Assembly (NCBI GenBank): GCA_041662745.1
Contig: JBAZRV010000003.1
Span: forward strand, 1-32,000
Direction: 5' to 3'
Length of the DNA stretch: 32,000 nucleotides
DNA from: Patescibacteria group bacterium
GTDB lineage: Bacteria > Patescibacteriota > Patescibacteriia > 2-01-FULL-39-33
Shown here: positions 24,027-32,000 of the stretch, piece by piece
How the letters are laid out: every line of letters starts with the position of its first letter
Numbering within the stretch: the first letter of the stretch is position 1
Program-made: the position numbers and the translations under genes
Notes under the pieces: generated by a model
Seen by the model: the letters and a program-made list of their open reading frames with translations, nothing else
What the model was told of the DNA's origin: nothing
Databases searched by the model: none

Positions 24027-26606
24027 ATGCCTTTAGACGAGGTGCAAAATCCTTATCAGTTTGATTTGTCCCTGTTGTTTTTTAGCATTCCCGATGCGGT
24101 AATTTATGCTGTCGTCGGCATTGTTATTTTTTTGTCGGTTTGTTTTATCGTCTTATTGGCCCTGCGCGCCCTATTTAGATCGCAGAAGCGCTATCCCAAA
24201 GTATTCCAACAGCATATTTTTTTAGTGACTGTGCCGCAACGAGTCAAAGAGGAGGGGGAAAACAAGAAACAACTGTCGGAAATTATCTCGGAAATCGAGG
24301 GCCTCTACGCCAATTTGGGCGGACTTAGGGCATCCAAGGGTTTTAAGGCCTGGTTGTTCGGCCGTTTTGATCATTGGTCGTTTGAAATCGTTTTGGGTTT
24401 GGACGGTCTGATTTCTTTTTATATCGCCGTTCCCGAATATTTAACGGAATATGTCAAACAACAGATTTTTTCCAAATATCCTTACGCGCAGATTGAGGAG
24501 ACCGGTGATTATAATATTTTCAACCAGCAAGGTTTTGCCGCTATCGGTTACCTGAAATTGCTCAAGCAGAATATGTTTCCGCTTTTGACGTATAAGCAGA
24601 TGAATAATGTTGATCCGCTCGTGTCCATTATCAGCGTCTTATCCAAATTCGGCGATAAACAGACGGCGGCCATTCAGTTGGTAATGCGTTCAGCGGTCGG
24701 CGGTTGGCGCAACAAAGGCGTTAAAGTGGCTTCGGAAATGCAACAAGGCAAGGATATCAAGAAGGCTCTGGCCGCGGCCAATCCCGGACTGTTTTCCGGC
24801 TTAAGCAATATTTTCGGTACGCCCTCCGATTGGTTTTTTGCTTCCAAACCCAAAGATTCGGCTAAAGCGCCGGAACAGTACCGTTTGTCGCCCATGGAGG
24901 AGCAAGCGGTTAAGGCGATTGAAGAAAAAGCGTCCAAGGCCGGTCTGGATGTCAATATTCGCGTCGTAGCTTTTGCGCCGTTAGAATCGCAAGCCAATGA
25001 AAATCTCCGGCGTTTAATTGATTCCTTTGCGCAGTATTCCAGTTACCAGTATGCTAACGGGTTTAAAGGCGTAGTCAAGGGCGATGGCCGGCAGTTGATC
25101 CATGATTTTATTTATCGTAATTTTGATGATAAGACGGGCATGGTGCTAAACACTGAAGAAATGACCTCGTTGTGGCATTTGCCTTTACCCAATACCGAAG
25201 TGCCTCGCATTAATTGGTTGACGGCGCGGCGTCTGCCCCCGCCGTTGAATGCCCCGACCGAAGGCGTAATGATCGGTGAAAATGTTTATCGCGGACAGAA
25301 AACGGTAATTAGAATGAAAGATATTGATCGCCGCCGCCATATGTATGTTATCGGTATGACCGGTACCGGTAAATCAACAACCATGGCCACAATGGCGGTG
25401 CAAGATATCCGTGACGGCAAGGGCGTTTGCGTGGTTGATCCGCACGGCGAATTGGTGGAAAACATCTTAAAGTGCATTCCCAAGGAACGCGCGGAAGACG
25501 TGATTTTGTTTGATCCGTCCGATATGGAGCGCCCCATCGGCCTTAATATGCTGGAGGCCTCCAGTTCTTATGAAATGGATATGGCGGCGCAGGAGATGAT
25601 CAATATTTTTTACAAGTTATTGCCTGATCCGGCCATGGCCGGACCGATGTTTGAGCATTATATGCGCAATGCCTTGTTAGCTTTAATGGCTGATCGCGAA
25701 GATCCGGGAACGCTGGTGGAACTGGCTCGCATTTTTACCGATGATGCTTTCCGCAAGAAAAAATTGGAACACGTGACCGATATCCTGGTAAAAGATTTTT
25801 GGGAACGGGAATACGCCATGTCGCAAAAGGGCTCTACCGGCGCGGATATGTTGTCTTATGTCATTTCTAAGACTGGCCGATTTGTGGAAAATGAATTGAT
25901 GCGCAATATCATCGGTCAGTCGCATTCGGGCATTAATTTCCGCGAAGCCATGGATTCGGGCAAGATTTTGTTGTTGAATTTATGCAAGGGCAAAATCGGT
26001 GAAACTAACAGCAGTTTATTGGGTTTAATCGCCGTGGCTAAGTTGCAGATGGCGGCCTTGTCCCGCGCCGACCTGCCGGAAGAACAGCGCCAGGATTTTT
26101 TCCTCTATATTGATGAGTTTCAGAATTTTATCACTGATTCCATTTCTATTATCTTATCCGAAGCCAGGAAATATAAACTCAACCTCTGTTTGGGCCATCA
26201 ATTTATCGCCCAATTGGTGCAGAATAACGATACCAAGGTGCGTGATGCGGTATTCGGCAATGTGGGCAATTTGCTCGTTTATCGCATCGGCGTGGATGAT
26301 TCGGAGATTATCGCCAAACAGTTGTCGCCGGTGGTCAGCGAGTATGATGTGATGAATATTGAAAAGTATAACGCCTACTTCCGCATTATGATTGATAACA
26401 CGGCCATGCCGGCGTTTAATATAAAATGCTATCAGCCAGCCGACGTGGTCCAGGTTAATCCCGAAATCGTCGCGCCGCTAAAGGAATTGTCGCGCCTTAA
26501 ATACGGCCGTGATCGCCAGTTGGTAGTGCGTGATACTATGGAGCGCAGTCAGATCGGCCGGTTGGGTGGAACCAAGAAAGAGGGTCCGGGTGGATTTGAT
26601 TTTTAA
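24027..26606 (+). CDS. Membrane-anchored VirD4/TraG/HerA-like ATPase
   Basis: N-terminal TM; Walker A YVIGMTGTGKSTTMA; VVDPHGELVENIL; LFDPSDMERPIGLNMLE; Walker B FFLYIDEFQNF; LGHQFIAQL. Confidence 0.88.
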   Translation: MPLDEVQNPYQFDLSLLFFSIPDAVIYAVVGIVIFLSVCFIVLLALRALFRSQKRYPKVFQQHIFLVTVPQRVKEEGENKKQLSEIISEIEGLYANLGGLRASKGFKAWLFGRFDHWSFEIVLGLDGLISFYIAVPEYLTEYVKQQIFSKYPYAQIEETGDYNIFNQQGFAAIGYLKLLKQNMFPLLTYKQMNNVDPLVSIISVLSKFGDKQTAAIQLVMRSAVGGWRNKGVKVASEMQQGKDIKKALAAANPGLFSGLSNIFGTPSDWFFASKPKDSAKAPEQYRLSPMEEQAVKAIEEKASKAGLDVNIRVVAFAPLESQANENLRRLIDSFAQYSSYQYANGFKGVVKGDGRQLIHDFIYRNFDDKTGMVLNTEEMTSLWHLPLPNTEVPRINWLTARRLPPPLNAPTEGVMIGENVYRGQKTVIRMKDIDRRRHMYVIGMTGTGKSTTMATMAVQDIRDGKGVCVVDPHGELVENILKCIPKERAEDVILFDPSDMERPIGLNMLEASSSYEMDMAAQEMINIFYKLLPDPAMAGPMFEHYMRNALLALMADREDPGTLVELARIFTDDAFRKKKLEHVTDILVKDFWEREYAMSQKGSTGADMLSYVISKTGRFVENELMRNIIGQSHSGINFREAMDSGKILLLNLCKGKIGETNSSLLGLIAVAKLQMAALSRADLPEEQRQDFFLYIDEFQNFITDSISIILSEARKYKLNLCLGHQFIAQLVQNNDTKVRDAVFGNVGNLLVYRIGVDDSEIIAKQLSPVVSEYDVMNIEKYNAYFRIMIDNTAMPAFNIKCYQPADVVQVNPEIVAPLKELSRLKYGRDRQLVVRDTMERSQIGRLGGTKKEGPGGFDF

Positions 26607-26700
26607 GCGGGAACAACGGTCTATGGCGGGCGACAAGCAACGGGTTCGGTTTATTAAGCAGATCGTTTAGCGCCCGTTATTTAAATCAGCTGAAATTAAA

Positions 26701-26729
26701 TTGACTTTACAGTCATTTTTTTGTTATAT
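26701..26729 (+). promoter_or_regulatory. Promoter TTGACT-17-TTATAT for dnaX
   Basis: -35 at 26701-26706, -10 at 26724-26729. Confidence 0.65.
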
Positions 26730-26760
26730 TACACCCATAATTAATTAGCAATTATCATAA

Positions 26761-28479
26761 ATGAGCAGCGCTTTATACCGCAAATACCGACCGCAGACCT
26801 TTGCGCAAATGATCGGCCAAAATCATATTAAAATCACCCTCCAGCATCAGCTGGAAAGGGGAGAATCGGCGCACGCTTATCTGTTTTGCGGTCCTCGCGG
26901 TTTGGGCAAAACCACCAGCGCCAGACTGTTCGCCAAATCCATCAACTGCGAGAATCGCGTTAACGGCGAAAGCGAGCCTTGCAATACTTGTTCGTCCTGT
27001 TTGGATATCATGGCCGGCCGCAGCGTGGATATCATTGAAATTGACGCCGCCAGCAATACGGGCGTGGATAATGTCCGCGAAAACATCATTGAGAATTCCC
27101 GTTTCACGCCGGTCAAGAGCAAGTATAAGGTGTTCATTATTGATGAGGCGCATATGTTATCCAACGCCTCCTTCAATGCTTTGCTTAAGATTATGGAGGA
27201 ACCGCCGGCTCACGTGTTATTTATCTTGTGTACTACGGAGATTCATAAATTGCCCCTGACCATCATTTCCCGTTGCCAGCGTTTTGATTTTAAGAAAGTC
27301 ACGGCCGAGCAATTATTGAAGCGTTTGCAATTGATCGTTGAGGGCGAGAACAAGAAAATAGAGGAGGAAGTGCTCAAGCGGGTAGTGGTTGTTTCCGAGG
27401 GGTGCGTGCGCGATGCGGAAAGCCTGCTGGCTAAGATTTTGTCTTTGGGCGACGATATAACCTTGGAGCAAGCAGAAATCGTATTGCCACGCAGCGATTT
27501 CCAGATTATTTTGGTTTTTACGGAGTATTTGGCGGAAAAAAATGCCGCCGCCGCCGTGGAACATATTAATCGCCTGATGGAAGAGGGTGTAGATTTGTCG
27601 GTGTTTACGGAAAATCTGTTGGAATTTTTGCGGCAGATGATGCTGATTAAGGTCAATGGCCGCTTGGCGGTTTTCGGCCTGGAATTCAATGATGATTTGG
27701 CGGAAAGCATTAAAGATTTGGCTGATAAGTTCAATTTTGCCGAAATTGTGGAAATGGTAGAGATTTTTTCTGATAAGGCCAAGGAGATCAAACAAGCGCC
27801 AATCATGCAGTTCCCTTTGGAGATCGCTGTCATTAGACTAGTGGAGCGTATTTCTTGCGTTAAGCCGGACAAGGTTGTTTTTGCTACGGCTTCAACTCCC
27901 ATAATCGTTCCCGTTTCGGCATCTGCGGCAACTCCGGCTCGGCCCGCTAATCAGCCGGACGGCAAACCGGACAATTCTATTCCGGCCGTTACCCCCAAAA
28001 AAGACATGCCGGCAGGTAAAACCGAGACAGTAGTAGCCCCGATCGTCAGCCAGCCGACTTTGGATCAAAATGTTTCCCTGTCCGATATTGCCGCTCATTG
28101 GGGGCAGCTTATTAATCGGCTGATTAAGACTAATTTTTCTCTGGGCTCGCTTTTGCGCATCAGCCAGCCATTGTCTTGCGACAGAGGAATTTTGCAGGTT
28201 GCCGTTACCAGCTTGTTTTACAAGAATCGCCTGGAAACCCAAGACAATCAAAAAGTGGTTGAAGATACCCTGCAAGAATTAGCGGGGATTAATATCAGAG
28301 TCAAGGGAGTGGTAGCGCAGACGGTGGTGCCGTTAGAAGTGGCGATTGATTACGGAGATGACTTGGCTGTACCGCCTAATGACTTTTCACCGCCATCGAC
28401 CGAATCGGCGCCCGGAGCCGTTCCGGTTGTTCCCTCAATCAAGCTTGATCCGACAGAGGACGTTCTGAGCATGCTGTAA
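26761..28479 (+). CDS. dnaX: DNA polymerase III gamma/tau subunit
   Basis: YRKYRPQTFAQMIGQ, FCGPRGLGKTTSARLFAKSINC, EIDAASNTGVDNVREN, IIDEAHMLSNASFNALLKIMEEPP. Confidence 0.97.
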   Translation: MSSALYRKYRPQTFAQMIGQNHIKITLQHQLERGESAHAYLFCGPRGLGKTTSARLFAKSINCENRVNGESEPCNTCSSCLDIMAGRSVDIIEIDAASNTGVDNVRENIIENSRFTPVKSKYKVFIIDEAHMLSNASFNALLKIMEEPPAHVLFILCTTEIHKLPLTIISRCQRFDFKKVTAEQLLKRLQLIVEGENKKIEEEVLKRVVVVSEGCVRDAESLLAKILSLGDDITLEQAEIVLPRSDFQIILVFTEYLAEKNAAAAVEHINRLMEEGVDLSVFTENLLEFLRQMMLIKVNGRLAVFGLEFNDDLAESIKDLADKFNFAEIVEMVEIFSDKAKEIKQAPIMQFPLEIAVIRLVERISCVKPDKVVFATASTPIIVPVSASAATPARPANQPDGKPDNSIPAVTPKKDMPAGKTETVVAPIVSQPTLDQNVSLSDIAAHWGQLINRLIKTNFSLGSLLRISQPLSCDRGILQVAVTSLFYKNRLETQDNQKVVEDTLQELAGINIRVKGVVAQTVVPLEVAIDYGDDLAVPPNDFSPPSTESAPGAVPVVPSIKLDPTEDVLSML

Positions 28480-28526
28480 CAGCCTGCCCTTATCCATGCT
28501 TGCAAAGGGATAAATTAAATATCAAT

Positions 28527-29930
28527 ATGAAACGATCAGAGATTATTATTTCCGCCGGTTTAGTGCCCATTGATTATTTGATGGTGGTTTTGGCCGGCAT
28601 TGCCGGTTATTATTTCCGTTTCTGGGAGCCGATCAGCGCTTATCGCCCAGTGGTTTTTAATCTGCCGTTTCCGTATTTTTTGAGCTGGCTTTGGCTGATG
28701 GCCGTAATTTGGATTGTTACTTTCGCTTTAGCCGGATTATACAATATGCGCGGCACTTCGCGAGCGGTTGATGAGGTATCCAAGATTATTTTGGCTTCTA
28801 CGGCGGCCGTGGCCATTTTGATGTTTTTCTTTTTCTTTTCCCGATCGCTGTTTGATTCCCGCTTTATCATTTTGGCCGCTTGGATTTTTTCTATTGTCTG
28901 CGTGATGTTCGGCCGCGGTTTGATGCGTTTTCTCCAACGCCGCTTGTACGGCTGGGGCGTAGGCATCCATCGGGTGATTATTATAGGCGTTGGCAACGCG
29001 GCCGATGAAGTGGTTAGGGAATTTACGGCTAATCCGCGCGCCGGTTATCGCGTCGTGGACCAATTCAAGAATTTTGATGCGGCGACCGAAAAAGAGTTGT
29101 CGGAACTGAAGTTGACGGACAAGTTTGACGAGATTCTGGTGGCCCGCGCCGATCTGTCAACTGAAATATCGGAAAAGCTCCATGATTTTTCTTATGTCAA
29201 CCACGTGGAGCTTAAGTACATCGCCGATATTTTTGATTTTCCCATTAATAATTTTGTCATTGACAATATTGCCGGCTTACCGGTAGTGGAATTGAAAAAA
29301 ACCAAACTGGACGGCTGGGGCCGGATCGGCAAGCGCTTGTTTGATATGGTTGGTTCGATTTTGTTGGTAGTCATCTTGTCGCCGGTTTTGCTCATCATAA
29401 TCTTGGCGGTTAAGTTAAGTTCGGCTGGGCCATTGTTTTTTACTTACCAGCGCATCGGCGAATACGGCAAGCCCTTTGTTTACTTTAAGTTCCGTACCAT
29501 GATCAAGGATGCGCACAAATTCCGTTTTGACGAGGAATTCATAAAATCGCAGGAAAATGTCCGCGCCGGCACGCCCATGATGAAATTCAAAAACGATCCG
29601 CGCATTACGCCGGTCGGAAAATTTTTGCGGCGCTATTCTTTGGATGAATTGCCGGAGTTGTTCATAGTATTTTTGGGTAAAATGTCATTAGTCGGTCCCC
29701 GGCCGCATGAAGTAGAGGAGGTGGCTAAGTATGAAACTTTCCATAAGCGGGTTCTGTCCATCAAACCGGGCATTACCGGCATGGCGCAGGTGTCCGGTCG
29801 CAGTGATTTGGATTTTGACGAGGAAGTCAGGTTGGATGTGTGGTATATGGAGAATTGGTCAATGAAGTTGGATTTGATGGTTCTATTTAAAACGCCTTTT
29901 GCCATAGTGCGCAAACGTCAGGCGGAATAA
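28527..29930 (+). CDS. Exopolysaccharide biosynthesis polyprenyl glycosylphosphotransferase
   Basis: N-terminal TMs; GKRLFDMVGSILLVVILSPVLLII, FVYFKFRTM, RRYSLDELPELF, SLVGPRPHEV, KPGITGMAQVSGRSDLDFDE. Start trimmed from 28500. Confidence 0.93.
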   Translation: MKRSEIIISAGLVPIDYLMVVLAGIAGYYFRFWEPISAYRPVVFNLPFPYFLSWLWLMAVIWIVTFALAGLYNMRGTSRAVDEVSKIILASTAAVAILMFFFFFSRSLFDSRFIILAAWIFSIVCVMFGRGLMRFLQRRLYGWGVGIHRVIIIGVGNAADEVVREFTANPRAGYRVVDQFKNFDAATEKELSELKLTDKFDEILVARADLSTEISEKLHDFSYVNHVELKYIADIFDFPINNFVIDNIAGLPVVELKKTKLDGWGRIGKRLFDMVGSILLVVILSPVLLIIILAVKLSSAGPLFFTYQRIGEYGKPFVYFKFRTMIKDAHKFRFDEEFIKSQENVRAGTPMMKFKNDPRITPVGKFLRRYSLDELPELFIVFLGKMSLVGPRPHEVEEVAKYETFHKRVLSIKPGITGMAQVSGRSDLDFDEEVRLDVWYMENWSMKLDLMVLFKTPFAIVRKRQAE

Positions 29931-29949
29931 TTTGTTGCTGATTGTTCTT

Positions 29950-32000
29950 ATGATCAAATACGTTTTACATACCGCCTCAACAGTTAAAGATTTTAAAATT
30001 GATTACGCTAAAGATCTTAACGAGGAACAATACAAGGTCGTAACCGATGGCTACGGGCCTTGTTTAGTTTTGGCCGGCGCCGGTTCAGGCAAAACTCGGA
30101 CTTTGGTTTATCGCGTAGTTTATTTGTTGGAACAGGGCGTGCCCGCGTCCAATATCATGCTGGTAACCTTCACCAACAAGGCGGCCAAGGAAATGCTGGA
30201 ACGAATTGAGGTGCTATTGCACGGCGAAGCCAAGGGCTTGTGGGGCGGCACTTTTCATCATTTGGGCAACCGGTTGTTGCGGCTGTACGGCGAGCGCATT
30301 AATATCGCTAATAATTTTACGATTTTAGACGAAGAGGATTCTTTGACCTTGCTTAAGAATTGTTTGAGCCGCAGTAATCCTCCGGAAGACAAATATTTTC
30401 CCAAGGCCAAGATTATCCGCTCCATAATCTCTTTGTCGCAGAACTTGTGCCAGCCCATCCGCCAGGTCATTGCCGAGCGCTATGATTATTTTAAGGATAA
30501 TTATTTGCCGTGCATTTTGGAGACGGCTGATTTATATAGGGAGCGCAAAGCTCAGATTAATGCGTTGGATTTTGACGACCTCCTGATCAAATGGAACGAA
30601 CTGCTGGAACAAGCGCCGGAAATAAAAAAGCGTTTGGGCGAAAAGTTCGTCTACATCCTGATTGACGAATTCCAGGACACTAACGCTTTGCAATCCAAGA
30701 TTATCGCTAATCTGGCCCAGCCCCAGCGCAATATTTTGGCGGTCGGCGATGATGCCCAAAGCATCTATGGTTTTCGGGGCGCCGATGTCAATCATATTTT
30801 GGATTTTCCTCGGCAATTTCTTGACGCTAAGATCTTAAGATTGGAAACCAACTATCGCTCCACGCCGGAAATTCTGGCGCTCGCCGATACTTCCATTAAC
30901 CGCAATGAAGCCAAGTTTGAAAAGCATCTTAAAGCGATCAGGGGCAAGGGCGCCAAACCGGCCGTGGCGGCCTTGACTGACAATTATCAGCAGGCCGAGT
31001 TTGTTTGCCAGAGGCTTTTGGATTTGCAGCGCGAAGATGGCTTGGCGCTGAATGAAATCGCCGTGCTGTTCCGATCGCACTTCCAGTGTTTGGAATTGGA
31101 AATGGAGTTAAACAAGCGGAATATTCCTTATCAGATGCGCGGAGGTTTGCGGTTTTTTGAACAGGCGCATTTAAAAGATATTCTGGCTTATTTGAAAATC
31201 CTGGCCAATTTTCGCGATGAGGTTTCCTGGTTGCGATTGCTTGGCATGCAAAGCGGCATCGGCGAGATGACCGCAGAAAAGATTTGGCGCCAGGCCGCGA
31301 TGTTGGGCGATGTGGGCAAGTTATTGGATTATAGGTTGGAGCTCGGTTCCAAAGCTGCGGCCGGCTGGTCCGCCTTGAAACGCATCTTGGAAAAAATCGC
31401 GAAGATAGACAAAAACGATTTATCCGCGCTGGTAACGGCGATTATTGATTTCGGTTATGAAAAATATTTGCAGGCCAATTATGAAAACTTTCAGGATCGT
31501 TTGGATGATTTAACCCAATTAGTGGAGTTTGTTAAATCTTACGACAGTCTGGAAAGATTTTTGGCGGATACGGCGCTGTCGGAAAATTTTCAGGGCGGAT
31601 CGCGTACCGAGGAGAGGGGAGCGAATGGTGAGCAATTAATTTTGTCTACTATCCATCAGGCCAAGGGCCTGGAGTGGCGGGCAGTGTTTGTAATCGGCTT
31701 GGCGGAGGGCATGTTTCCGCACGCCAAAGTTTATGACAAGCCGGAGGAATTGGAGGAGGAACGGCGATTATTTTATGTGGCTTGCACTCGCGCCAAGGAC
31801 CAGTTGTATTTGAGTTATCCGCTATTCGGCCGCGACAGCATGTTGCATCCGTCGCAGTTTATTAGGGAATTGCCGAGCAAATTATATGATCGCTGGGATG
31901 TGGAAGCGGGCGAGGACGAGGTGATTTATGTGGACGAAGAAGGGGAGCGCGCCCCCGATTCCGGCAAACGGAAGGGTATTTTGGATTTTGATCCGGAATT
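29950..32000 (+). CDS. UvrD/PcrA-type superfamily 1 helicase, 3'-truncated by the window edge
   Basis: Open from ATG 29950 to the end: LNEEQYKVVTDGYGPCLVLAGAGSGKTRTL, VTFTNKAAKEMLERI, DEFQDTNALQ, VGDDAQSIYGFRGAD, STIHQAKGLEW. Confidence 0.95.
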   Translation, partial: MIKYVLHTASTVKDFKIDYAKDLNEEQYKVVTDGYGPCLVLAGAGSGKTRTLVYRVVYLLEQGVPASNIMLVTFTNKAAKEMLERIEVLLHGEAKGLWGGTFHHLGNRLLRLYGERINIANNFTILDEEDSLTLLKNCLSRSNPPEDKYFPKAKIIRSIISLSQNLCQPIRQVIAERYDYFKDNYLPCILETADLYRERKAQINALDFDDLLIKWNELLEQAPEIKKRLGEKFVYILIDEFQDTNALQSKIIANLAQPQRNILAVGDDAQSIYGFRGADVNHILDFPRQFLDAKILRLETNYRSTPEILALADTSINRNEAKFEKHLKAIRGKGAKPAVAALTDNYQQAEFVCQRLLDLQREDGLALNEIAVLFRSHFQCLELEMELNKRNIPYQMRGGLRFFEQAHLKDILAYLKILANFRDEVSWLRLLGMQSGIGEMTAEKIWRQAAMLGDVGKLLDYRLELGSKAAAGWSALKRILEKIAKIDKNDLSALVTAIIDFGYEKYLQANYENFQDRLDDLTQLVEFVKSYDSLERFLADTALSENFQGGSRTEERGANGEQLILSTIHQAKGLEWRAVFVIGLAEGMFPHAKVYDKPEELEEERRLFYVACTRAKDQLYLSYPLFGRDSMLHPSQFIRELPSKLYDRWDVEAGEDEVIYVDEEGERAPDSGKRKGILDFDPE

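Noticed and set aside
1-32000. tRNA, rRNA, CRISPR array, transposase, integrase or phage genes
   Set aside because: Intergenic gaps were read by eye and none showed cloverleaf-like genes or regular repeat-spacer patterns; no ORF resembles mobile-element proteins.

Overview
The window looks like chromosomal sequence from a small-genome bacterium, probably Patescibacteria/CPR (inference from protein styles, not proven). It encodes about 25 credible proteins. The left edge cuts a secreted beta-helix + GHSMGG lipase + Ig-like protein. After that come metK, an AlkD-like protein, a PHP phosphoesterase, a GT4/VanZ/GT4/lipid-kinase operon, a beta-CASP metallo-beta-lactamase, a polysaccharide deacetylase, an RRM protein, dut, a DUF2207 protein, uvrB, a dus-family gene, corA, a VirD4/TraG-like ATPase, dnaX and a polyprenyl-phosphate glycosylphosphotransferase. 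The right edge cuts a UvrD/PcrA-type helicase. I see no rRNA, tRNA, CRISPR array or transposase. The most interesting signals are non-coding: (1) a full SAM-I riboswitch circuit (promoter, aptamer, antiterminator, terminator) ahead of metK; (2) a 46-bp mirror-symmetric bidirectional promoter, TTGACA-N11-ATTATATATAAT-N11-TGTCAA, between uvrB and an orphan membrane-protein gene; (3) two perfect dyads (11+11 and 10+10 bp) at predicted -10/start-site regions; (4) two classes of translation start: SD-less starts with short leaders versus strong-SD starts, the latter mostly on small orphan genes; (5) a triplicated CACTTAA-type element in the RRM gene leader; and (6) a perfect-consensus promoter driving two tiny orphan proteins, with its -35 box overlapping the start codon of the neighbouring dus gene. 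All of this is by-eye reading; no searches or folding programs were run.
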